A stretch of 51,986 bases of DNA, the filler included, from Porpidia crustulata (Eukaryota), in NCBI GenBank assembly GCA_964255105.1. It is 3 parts of 3 records of this genome, joined end to end, with 100 filler letters (N's around TTAATTAATTAA, not from the genome) between each part and the next. Parts side by side here need not be neighbours in the genome. Positions count along the whole stretch, not along the records: positions 1 to 17,286 come from CAXUWE010000225.1; 2 more parts are not named here. One strand, 5' to 3'. The notes beneath the pieces were generated by a model. It ran no database searches, was not told the origin of the DNA, and saw only the letters and a list, made by a program, of their open reading frames with translations. Shown here piece by piece: positions 1 through 10,700 of the stretch (positions are counted from its first letter, which is position 1; each line of letters starts with the position of its first letter). The translations under genes were made by a program, and so were the position numbers.

Positions 1-1
1 C

Positions 2-430
2 CCTTACCCACCAACCCAAAACCTCCCCGAACAGTTCCGTGCCACCATCTCCCGTCTATCCACCCTCGGCAACACCCTCTCCCCCCTCCCAGAAAATTGC
101 ACCTTCACGCTCGTCATCGAACTGAAAGACGACGACGTCGAAGCCGGCCAGCGTGTGGATCCGCCCATTGGACAGCCGCAGCCGTGGATTGCGGCCGAGG
201 TCGGGCTGCAGCGAGGCGACGGCACGGACGGGGAAAGGAACCGCGATGCCGGAAGCAAGCGAGGGAAGGATTTAGGAGGGGTGAGGACGACACCGGTGAG
301 GGCGGTGGAAGCCGGGGCGTTCAAGATGGAGGTGTGGGTTGAGGAGGGAAAGGGGAAGGTCGAGCTTGAGAAGGAGAAGGCGCGGATGGCGGGGTATAAA
401 GGGGTGAGTGTTGAGACGGTAGAGGAATGA
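2..430 (+). CDS. REV7: 3' part of DNA polymerase zeta subunit Rev7 (HORMA domain); 5'-truncated by the window edge
   Basis: Frame from nt 2 is open: ...EQFRATISRLSTLGNTLSPLPENCTFTLVIELKDD...DPPIGQPQPWIAAE...TTPVRAVEAGAFKMEVWVEEGKGK, matching the fungal Rev7 HORMA C-terminus; stop TGA 428-430. Confidence 0.85.
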   Translation, partial: PYPPTQNLPEQFRATISRLSTLGNTLSPLPENCTFTLVIELKDDDVEAGQRVDPPIGQPQPWIAAEVGLQRGDGTDGERNRDAGSKRGKDLGGVRTTPVRAVEAGAFKMEVWVEEGKGKVELEKEKARMAGYKGVSVETVEE

Positions 431-931
431 GCGTGTGTGTGACGATCAGGAGCTTCGACAGGCACAGGAGCATGTGCATCGTGGTTTTAGGAAGGTAATG
501 GAGTTCTGTGCTGCATTGGATATGTATGTATGTATTAAGTTCGGGCGGCCGTGAAGAATTACAAGGCAAACAAAGATGAAGTGCATTTCCATGATGGTAT
601 AATGCTCGTAGAATCCCCGTAGAACTAAAGCAAAACCTCATTGACACCGAACCTCGTACCGACGGTGTTACCAATTACAAAGCCGTGCTCAGGATGAAAT
701 GCTTTGGTATCATATCCGTAACGCCACGCTCATCAGATGAGTGGAGTATCTAGTGACACCCACGCTTGTTGAAAACAGATTCATCTAGACTCATTGCACG
801 CAAAACTTGGAGATAGACATCGTCGTTCCCGTAAGCTCTCTTTAGTTTAGGTAGATCAATGGACAGACAGGCTAATATGAGTGTGGGTAGTATATCGTTA
901 AGGCGAACTTTATGTGGGAAGACGCTCGACT

Positions 932-3362
932 TTAGCCAATATCAAAACGACGTCGTACACGTCCACCATCGTAAGGAAGGTTGGGCAATCGTGGCACGGC
1001 AGCAGGATCCGGTCGACCAGGTGGTCGAAAGCCGGCGAGATCCTGATACCTTGCCATAGCCGGAATTGGCGGTGGAGCCCTGAGGATTGGAAATTCTGGA
1101 GGCTGGAACCCTTCGTTCTCGGGAAATATGCGCTCCCTAAGCGGACCTTGTCCATTATCCACGCCAGGTGGATACATGGCGGCATTGAGTCGCCGAGCGA
1201 AATTATGTGCATGATTTTGCTGGACGTTCATTTGCTCCATTATGGCAGCCTGATGCTCTAAATTACGTTGGCGCTGTTGGAGGAGGACGGCCTGCTGAGC
1301 AGCAAGTCGCTCGGCTAGCCTTTCGGCTCGGTGTACATGGTCATCCGGGACCATGGCATTAGGAACGGCAACGACGTTGGGGTTAACGAACCTGGGTCTT
1401 CCGAAAGGATCTCTAGTGGTAGGGGTATTGGTGACTTCCGCGAATTTGATCTTAAGATCTTCCTCAGTTAGGCTTGGGTTCTCGGTGCGGACTTTCTTCA
1501 GAGCTTCCGCTTCTGCTTCCTCGAGATTTGCTTTCCGGCGGATTTGAAGGTCATCATATGTGGGACATTTTCGGGTCGCTGTCGCAGGCCTCGTTCCATT
1601 TACTCCACCTTCGAAGTGGTTGTAGCCATCCTTGGTTATGTCTTTCCCGCAATAGTCGCAGAGCCAACCGCCACACGGGCAAATAACCTTATTGCATCCA
1701 TCTTCTTTGATGATCTTAACGTTGCATTTCGGACAAGTCCTCAAGAGAGCTTCGGTCCGTGCTTCCTCAACGACATGACGTTCGCTAATACCATTCTCCT
1801 TTCTGGCTTCTGCACATGTCAAAGGAGTATGTGACTCTACCTTGCAAAGACGGCAGCTAGTTTTCTCACATTCTGGATTCGAACAGCGAAATTCCCTATC
1901 AACGTCGATAGGCGGACATATGGCAGCAAAATCGCAGAATGGGCAGCTTGACAGCCCTTCCAGTTGAGCGAGTCGTATCTGAGCCTGTTGTTGACCACGT
2001 TCGAGTGCCTCAAAAGTCTTTTCGTCCAAGAAGCGCTGTTTCTGCCCGTAACTGAACGACGCCTTACAACCGCTACTATCCATGCACTGAAGCTTATAGC
2101 GGGATTTTCCAATTTCTTCCATGACGTTACGTTGAGCGCACTCGTAGCAGAAGAAGTGGGGCTCATCACCATCGCAATGAGTGAGTTTATTGATGGGATA
2201 ATCATCAAAGCAACATTGACACTCCATCACATCTCCGTTGTCTCGATAGCGTTTCTCATCTGCTGCGTCCGCATCTGCGAGCTCTTTGTCGGTTTTCCGT
2301 CTTGCTATTGATTATTAGCTTACTGGGTCTAGACGAACCGTGCAAGGCTCGTAAGAGGGACAAGTATGCCGATATGAATTGACCTACCTTTTTCTTTCTG
2401 TCGGTATTTTCGTGCAGCTTCTATCTCAATCTTGAGCTCTTCGATTCCTCCCCCTATTGCTCCAATAGCATCTGAAGGAGTAGAGCTCTCTGGCTTTGGC
2501 CGTCTCGGGCGTCTAAGCCTTGTGTAGGGTGACTCGCCTTCTTTGTACTCATATTCGGCATGTTCCAGCGCCAGGTAAGTCGCATAGAAATGTCCCGTTA
2601 CTCGAAACTTGAGTTCAATGAATCTCTTGGGAATGTTTACAAACTCATCGAGTAGTATGAGACGCCTGTAAGTTCTTGTCATTTAGGGTCCGGTTACAGG
2701 ACTTAGAAGGTATTGATTCATCTCTCGATAAGTGGAAAATGTGCAGTTGACTCTCGGATCACTAGTTCCTGGTAGAACAAGCAATGAAGGCAATTGAAGT
2801 CAACGCTAGGATCCACTTACGCTTCTTCAGAATATCGGAAGGTGACGGCCCGCCGTGCGTCATCTCTTGCAGCATCTCTCCAGCGATTAGCCTCTTCGTC
2901 GTCGCTGTTGATCTTCATTGAACGCTTCCTCTTTAGCTCTCTAATTCTGTCTTTTTCTTTTGGGTATTTGCCTCCTCCGTCCAAGATCTGCATGACTATT
3001 TCTTGAGCTACTGCATCGGCTGCAAAAGCCCGTAGGGGTGGCTGCATGGTCTCTGGGTCTTCCAGGCGTGCATCGTAGAGCTGTTGAACGTGCTCATGGC
3101 AAATATCAGGAAATACGTCTATTACAGCGTGTAGACATGTTTGGTAGACGTTCCGACGATCAGGCAAGTGTGTCTGTGAAGGCCATATATCGTTCCCATC
3201 TCCAAATATGGACGCATTAAGATCATCTCCGTCATTGAAAGCGGCATCAACTTCGTTGAGACTGAAGAAGGGCTCGTCTACCGAAGCCAGGCTCGGGTCG
3301 TCACTATCATCCTCGATCTCAATGACTTCGCGCGTGAAAGGTAACGCTTCTTGCATTGTCAT
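932..3362 (-). CDS. RBR (RING1-IBR-RING2) E3 ubiquitin ligase, RNF216/TRIAD3-like; exons 3362-2821, 2665-2388, 2304-932
   Basis: ECQCCFDD...C...HFFCYEC RING1, CPFCDFAAIC...FRCSNPECEKTSCRLC IBR and CPKCNVKIIKEDGCNKVICPCGGWLCDYC RING2. Introns 2820-2666 (GTAAGT..TACAG) and 2387-2305 (GTAGGT..GCTAAT..ATAG) join the exons in frame. Confidence 0.88.
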
Positions 3363-3894
3363 TCTTGCGAAAGCTGAATAATACCAACTATGAGCACGAG
3401 CCAGCTTTGAGAATCGCGAAGTCGACAGACGGAGCTTTTGTGCTTGAGCTCCAAGGCTAGCGAGAGGATCTGGTCTGAGAGAGGATCCAAAGCTATGACT
3501 GATAATTTCCAACACCAGGCATATGCTCTTCTAGCCTAGGCTTTTCAGCACGGCGAAGCAGTCCCGGTACGGATTCTTCTTCACGTTGGGCTGTGTGTAC
3601 CGCAACCTAGACTTGCAAGTCTGGAAGGGCTGACAAGGTGACAACACAAAAAATACGATCATGCAGATCAGGCTGCTGAGAGTAGAGAAACTGTGTGGAT
3701 GTTATGACATGACTATGAGTGTTTTGCTTTTCGGCGTGACCGGGCGCCAATTGCTAGAATCTATTGTGCCTCGCCCATTCAATACATTCACGTTCGTTCA
3801 CAAGCAACAGATAGCGGGGTGGGGGTGCGGAGACCATCCAGCCTGATGACTGCGGGATTGAAAGACCTGATTCACGAGGCCGTGAGTGAAAGGC

Positions 3895-3926
3895 GCGAGG
3901 TTGCGAGGTTGTGAGTTTGCGAGGTT
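3895..3926. repeat. Four tandem 8-bp units (GCGAGGTT) in a divergent intergenic region
   Basis: GCGAGGTT GCGAGGTT GTGAGTTT GCGAGGTT read directly. Confidence 0.7.
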
Positions 3927-4414
3927 CGCGGACTCCGACAAAACACAGAAGCTGCTCGAGCCCCACTGCCCACCCACGATTGTTCGCATTTATGATGCGC
4001 TAGGTAACCGCTACGTTGAAAAACGTAGAAAGTAGATGGATAATCACCGGTAAGGAACGTCTGGTTGCTGACTCATAAAGGCTCTCTGCCTCCTTTCCAA
4101 GCTTGTTCCTACACCTCCGTGATCCACCGGAGAGCCTCGAGAGCTTAGCACACTCTAACTACGTCGATTTCCCCCCTGTCTCAAGCCAGACTCGAAGTTA
4201 TCATAATGTCGGCTTGGAGCGCTTAATCGCGGCCTAGTACCTGTCACGCCTGTCTTGACACATTCCTATGGGAGAGATTCACCGCTATAGTTTGTCAAAC
4301 GCAAACAAAGAATGTTCGACATTAATCCACTTCATCTTCTTCGCAAGCCAAGGTCTTTTACCCTCTTGAATCTCTACTGTTTCCATCCTCCACAGTGCTT
4401 TCCAATTGAGTACA

Positions 4415-4760
4415 ATGCCACCCTCAATATCCGACCCTCCCCCAAGCGACGCTGCAGGCCTCGACCTTCCTCCTGGCAACGCAATACCATCCTCACACCC
4501 TAACCATCCGTCGAGTGATACAATGTTACACTCATCTCCCGACCTTCCCCCAAGCGACCCGACGCCATACTCAAAACCCGACCTTTCCTCACGCGGTGCG
4601 ATACCATCTTCAGTCCATAATCTTCCTTCCAGCGATCCAACATCATCTCAGAACCCCCAACTTACTACCGAGGGCACAATGTCACCTTCAAATCCCCAAA
4701 CTCCCAATGGTAATGCCACGCCATCATCAACCCCTGACCTTCCTCCTAGCGACTCTCCAA
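4415..4760 (+). repeat. Degenerate ~39-bp / 13-aa coding tandem repeat, about 9 units
   Basis: IPSSHPNHPSSDT/MLHSSPDLPPSDP/TPYSKPDLSSRGA/IPSSVHNLPSSDP/TSSQNPQLTTEGT/MSPSNPQTPNGNA/TPSSTPDLPPSDS, preceded by two similar units. Confidence 0.75.
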
Positions 4761-5982
4761 CGCTTCGCCTCGATCACCCTACCGAAGACGAGAAAACTGC
4801 TACTTGGATGATCAATGGTGAGGTCTGGCGGGGACAACTCTCACTACCCACCTATTTGCGCCGCGAGGTTCATCTAGCAAATCAGCCTTTTACGAAAGAA
4901 GGGGGAATCACCTATTGGGTCCTGGTGGACACCTCCCCTAGCACCAACCCACGGACAATACTAGCTAGCTGCGAAACTTTGCGCAAACGCGCTTTAATCT
5001 CGCGGAACGGTCAACAAGTGCAGGAAGTTATAAGTCATGGGATTGGGAGCGTCTTCTGCTACCCAGCATACAGAGAAAAGGGCTTTGCAAGACGGATGCT
5101 GGTAGAATTGGGGAAGGTACTAGATACGTGGCAACAGCATGAAGGCAACAAAGCGAATTTCACGGTACTATTCTCGGACATCGGAAAGGTAGGTCACTAC
5201 CAAAACACCGTCCTATGAAGACCGTACGCGCGCTAATCCCTTGGCAGCAATTCTATGCCAACCTTGGCTGGAAGGCCTACCCATCGAGCCACATTTCCCT
5301 GGCACCAGCTTTCGCCGAAGGAGAAATGACCAAGCCATTCCCAGAAACCACGCTGATACGGGCCGACGACTTGGCCGAGTTATGCAGGCTCAATGAAGAG
5401 TACATGAAAGCCGACATGAAGGAACTCACGGGTGGCTCTTCAAACACAAGGGTTGCATTAATACCAGATGCGCAAACGATGCAATGGCATCATGCGAGGG
5501 AAGAATTCGCGGCGAAAGAGATGTACAACCGGACTCCAGACATCAAGGGCATCATGGTGCAAGGCGAGGACCCGGGCGAACGAGTATGGTGTATATGGAC
5601 GCGAACGTACGGCACCATACAAAGCGAAAACACCCTCAATATCCTCCGCTTCGTCATCGAAGGCGTCACCGAGACCGTGAAGCAGGGTTCCGACGTCGAA
5701 AACACCGAGGCAGCCCTCGACGCGCTGAGCGAAAAGAAAGTGCAGGCCGCGACACTGGTTTTCAAGGCGGCACAGCACGAGGCCGCAAAGTGGGGGATGC
5801 GGAGCGTTCAGGTGTGGAACCCGACGCACCTTTGCGTTTTGGCTGCTCAGCGGATCAGGCCGAAGATCAAGGTCATCCACCGAGATGAGGAGAGCATTAC
5901 GAGTCTGCGGTGGCACGGTGAGGAATTGGGGGAAGGGGTGGAAGTGGAGTGGGTTGGGAATGAAATGTATGGATGGTGCTAA
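4415..5982 (+). CDS. GNAT-family N-acetyltransferase, LYC1-like; exons 4415-5188, 5248-5982
   Basis: ILASCETLRKRAL, HGIGSVFCYPAYREKGFARRML (acetyl-CoA motif A), VLFSDIGK|QFYA, WHHAREEF and C-terminal NEMYGWC. Intron 5189-5247 is GTAGGT..GCTAAT..GCAG, phase 0. Confidence 0.88.
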
Positions 5983-6057
5983 AGGTTAGAGTGATCTGTT
6001 GTTCTGGTTCAAATGTCGTCGCGTGAGTGATCCCCTGATCTGAAGATGACATTTTCC

Positions 6058-7271
6058 TCATCGACGAGCATTCTGAAACTTCTCATGCCACTTTCCCAGA
6101 CGCTTTCCGCCAGCACCAGCCGCCGAAGAAGAGGCCGCAGGACTGACTTCGCTCGCGCTGCGGGCGAACGCAATTTTGCCCTTTCCTGCTTGATGATATT
6201 TTCCCTAGCCGCAAAATTCTGTGAGAGAACGGTGCGTGAGATTGTGAGAGCACCTACCTCAATCGCGCCCAGCTTGGCGAACTCCCTCCATTGCTCGGGT
6301 AGCTGGCTTTGCCAGTCGCGGATGAAATCGGACACCGAAACAGCTTCGGGGCTCGAGTGTCCTTCAAGTAATGTGACCCCGACCCATGTAATACACTCGT
6401 CTTTGTCGATGGCGGTATCTAGATCTCGAGTTTAGTGATGACGTCGTCCTGGGACTGAACCAATATCCGCTTACATCCATCCATCGGGTCTTCCTTGCGA
6501 GATTGGACCCGTCGAAGAATTGCGCGGGTAAGACGGACTGGGTAGCCATCTTCCGTAACCAGTCGCTCAATATCTTCGGTCGGAAAGATGTGGCTGAGAT
6601 CCACACTGCTTGCTGTAGCTGCTGACATGATGGACTTCCAGACTTGACAAAGTAAGGAAGGGACTGGTAGCCATGCCGAACCCTCATGTTCGAATGCGCA
6701 CAACTGGATCCAAGATACCTCGAATTCGGTAAAGGAGAGAGGTACATTGTCCAAAATAGTGTCTTTGGTTATCCTATCAGCCGCTGGCGTTACCGAGGAC
6801 GGTCCTAGCTCATTCTCGGCGTCGTAAACTGGCAGGATCTGTCTCAGTATAGATTCACCATTGGACGACGACGGGATTAGCTCTAGTATGGCAGTAGGCT
6901 GTGCAATAGCTGATATTGCATCTTCTGAAATTGATGTCTCTCCATTTGATGACTCGATTTGTGACGGCTGTAGAATGTAGATGGTGTTAGATGAATTGAC
7001 TTGGCGTATATGGAACGTTCGATCGTCAGTGCATAGCACAGCATGGCTATTTAAGGAAGAGTTGCCCCTGATTTCAAGTCCCGCGGATTTGAGTAAGAGA
7101 CTCTCGTTCTTGTCAGCACGATATCGGTCACTCTTCACAGACGCATAGCTACCTCGGAGGATGGCTAGATGTAATGGTCTCAAGGAGGGCTGGCGGAAGC
7201 TCTAGAAGACGGAAAGTCTGCTGCTCATGCCTGATATCAAGCGGGATATCAATACCATCTTGATAAGACAT
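6058..7271 (-). CDS. DCC1: Sister chromatid cohesion protein Dcc1 (Ctf18-RFC subunit); exons 7271-7153, 7100-6475, 6418-6258, 6204-6058
   Basis: N-terminal FRLLELPPALL, AVLCTDDRTFHIRQVNSSNT, WQSQLPEQWR and C-terminal GKWHEKF. Three introns (7152-7101, 6474-6419, 6257-6205) keep the frame; stop TGA 6060-6058. Confidence 0.88.
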
Positions 7272-7376
7272 GCTGAGGGTTATAACGTCGATTCCTGGCG
7301 ATGGATAAGGGACAATTTCAGGCTCGGTACTCTAATGGAGGTGACCGTGTGGCTCATAGGGCTTAGCAACGCTCCT

Positions 7377-7475
7377 ACGCGCCTTCCAAGGATTCGCGTT
7401 GCGGGCCGCGTGTTGATCGACGCTGTGACCGTTGGGCCCTTTCACGTCTGGCTATGCCGCCTTCATTGGGCGCGA
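7377..7475. promoter_or_regulatory. Cluster of MCB-like CGCG cores in the DCC1/BUD3 divergent promoter
   Basis: ACGCG 7377-7381, CGCGT 7395-7399, CGCGT 7407-7411, CGCGA 7471-7475. No perfect ACGCGT site. Confidence 0.35.
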
Positions 7476-7753
7476 TTTTGATGGGAACAATCTCACACAG
7501 GTACTCAATTGGTATAACATGTTGTTCAGAAAATGAGCCTGAAAGTCCGGGCCACTCCTGCTCTTTGAGTGGTAGCTCTCTATCCAGTGCTCTTGTTTCG
7601 TCCTGTATGGCACTGAGAAATCGATGTCATGCTTGATAAGACTTGAGTTTTGGGAGGTGCGGTGGTATGGCTGAAGGTTCAGAAGTCTATGACAGCAATT
7701 GCCAACCTCCCACAACACTTCGAACCGTGTAACAAGCTACCTTTATTGCAATC

Positions 7754-10700
7754 ATGGTTGTCATTTCCCCAGCGCTGCCCGAGCTTTCGCTCAACACACT
7801 TTCGTTGTATTATTGCATGGACCCATTGTTGGAGGACTTTCCGGTACTTGTATATTATGGCCCATCCACAATCGGAAACTCGACTCACAACAGCTCGCGT
7901 GTTCAAGCACACATATACTCTCTTGCCGGAATCCAGAATTTTTCCCGCCTAACGATATCTCCTTCTTCGCCTCTCTATGTCGCTGTAAATCATCTTCCGC
8001 TAGAGCAACGAGGAGATGAGGTCTATAGAGGGCTAGCCGTGAGCTTGTTGAGTTATTTTGCCGCCATACCAAAGGCTATGAAAGATTCCTTGAGCGAGCT
8101 GGAAGCCGGTCGGCGGCCAAATCATCTAGCTCCAGCAATGTTCGATGAGATGCACGCCGGAGACTTAGCTGCACGGATGGTAAGAGTTAAAAATTCTAGG
8201 GAGACCAGTCAATTTCTCACCTCTGCTCTATCGCCGCGAGGAGTCTCGTGGGTTGACATGGACGTGCTCCTTCCTGTAAATACCGTTGAACGATTCACAT
8301 CCTCGGAAGGGTCAGAATCGAAGCCATTTTTGGGCGAGGATGGACTTCCTCTGTTTCATTACGGCCTTTACACGTCTTTGATCAAGGGTATTGGAATACC
8401 AGCTTTTTTACCAACTTCAAGATTAAAGAGGGCTCCGTCAAGACCTACCGCGCACAGCAAGGGGAGGTCTCTGACAAAGGATCAGAAGGTCGCTCTACGT
8501 CGAGAGATGTGTGAGCTTGTAGATACAGAACAGCGTTACATTTCGAAGCTTCGAGATTTGGTGTACGGCATAGCAACAGAAGTCCAAAAACTACATACTG
8601 ATCAATTTGGCAACGTCAGGTCGAATAGCCGAATTGTTAATCAACTGTTTCCAGATAGTCTTCATCGCATACTCGAGACTAACACGCTTTTCTATGATGA
8701 GCTTCAGGACATTTTGCAAGTGACAGAAAACGAAGCTATTCAAGACATTGAAGACGGGTCAGAATTGAGCGCTGGACAAGGCATCAGAGTCATAGACGGC
8801 AGGAAGACAGATCCTACAGGTGCAACACTATTTGCAAAGGCGTTACTCAGACGCTTTCCAGAATTCATGGGCCCCTATCAGGACTACATGCATACCAGTG
8901 CAGATTTCCCCAAAATATGGAACGAAGCACTTCAAGATCAAGCTTCATTTTTCTCGCGTCAGGTCCATGAGTTTGGTGAGCAGCGACTAAGGTCAGCATT
9001 GATCGAACCAGTACAGCGCTTGCCTCGTTACAGTCTTCTCATTGACAGCATTATCAATCTGATTCCCGCTTCGCATCCAGCTTTAAGTACCTTCCTTAAG
9101 GCTAGAGACATTATCACAGACATTTGTGCGCTTGATACGGCAAGTACTGACGGTACACGGATTGTGAGCTGTCTTTCGGACCTTGTACACGCTTGGCCTG
9201 AGTCTCTCTCGCCTAAGGGCCGTCTCATAGCCGCTGTTGATGTGATCGAGCTCGACCCTCCTTACACGTCCACAGAAGCAGGCCAAGCTAGTATACTTTT
9301 GCTATTCCCTGATACTATTGTGATCCTTCACAAAGCTCACGGTAGAGCCATGTCCGCCAGAGGGATCCTTGCTGAGGTTGACCGCCCAGTCATTCCAGTC
9401 AGCAGGGTCGATAACCCTTATGGATTTACTGAAAAAACATTGAACTTCTCGAGTGCTTTTAGCCTTCTTGATCTACAGTCGAATGAATCTCAAGATGGCC
9501 GTCTGATATGGCTGAGCGGTAATAACAAACCGGTAAGACTACCTTACCCTAAGTCTAATGACGGCCATCTCCAACCGTTTGCCAAAGCCTTCGCCTTGCT
9601 CAATCCATATGAGCGAAAAGCTACACGGCTAAATGAGGAAGTGGCCAGGGCCAGGATTGAGGGTCGCTTTTCGGATGTAATTAGAGAAGGTGATAAGTGG
9701 GCTTTACGCACCATCAGTGCCACATCTGAGACATTAGGTGCCATTGCAGCTGTGCTTGAAGACGATAATACCGATAGTGCAGCAACCTTAAGTCGGATAA
9801 GAGTCTTTGTTGATACCCCAAAAACTCCTAAATCTATTCTGACCCAAAATCCTGGAGTGGACATTGCTTGCTGCATCACACCACTTGACCTCGGTCGTTG
9901 TCGGCTCAATCTCGAAAGCAGAGATGGTGCCCGGGTCGCTGAAGAGACTACAGAGGAGAACGTAGGCGGTATTTTGGTCAAAATTTTAGGCACCGTGATC
10001 AAAGTCCAGCATCAGCCCCGGGATCAGCTCTCCGCCGCCTCACACGTAGTATTCAATCGAGATGTCCTAAGCGCCACCCCAATCAGAATGCCCACTGATG
10101 AACCTCGAACCCGCACTGTCCGCCCACTTTCACCAGTAAAGATGATTTCTAGTTTCCTTGGAGGTGGCTCTACAAATCAGTTCAACAGCCCATCAAAGAT
10201 AAGTGGCAATGCTTCTGATCTTAAAAGCATTCCACCTTTACGGCCGCCGGTCTTTTTTAGTTCTGAACCAGCAGCGTCTCAGAAAAATAAGGAAAGTAAT
10301 TCAAACGGCAAGGTGACTGTGGTCGCAAATGATGTTCAAGATACGAAAGGTCCTTTAGTCCTTATGGAAGATACCTTCAAAGCCTATGTAGTGGCCTTAC
10401 GCTCAAGAAGCGGTAATGTTGTCACGAAAGTATTGAGAGGTAGGGCCGCAGCTGACGAGCTCATGGTCAACGAACTCTACAACATCCTTCTAGAAGATCC
10501 TTCGAGAGTTCAGGCGGCTGCGGAAGTCTCCGTTGACGTCTTATTTGCAGCTTTTGAAAAGTTCCTCAAAAAAGCGTGGAGAGAGCATATGGGTCCGCTT
10601 CTGGCGACGGAGTTGCTCGTTTTTATGCAATCAAAACTTGACTCAGGGCGACCCAATGAATTCTCCCAGCATCTTAAAAATTCCCTGGAGGAAATGACAC

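Noticed and set aside
6009..6204. ORF-track C-terminus of DCC1 ending at 6009
   Set aside because: The spliced frame ending KRLGKWHEKFQNARR* at 6058 fits Dcc1 better.
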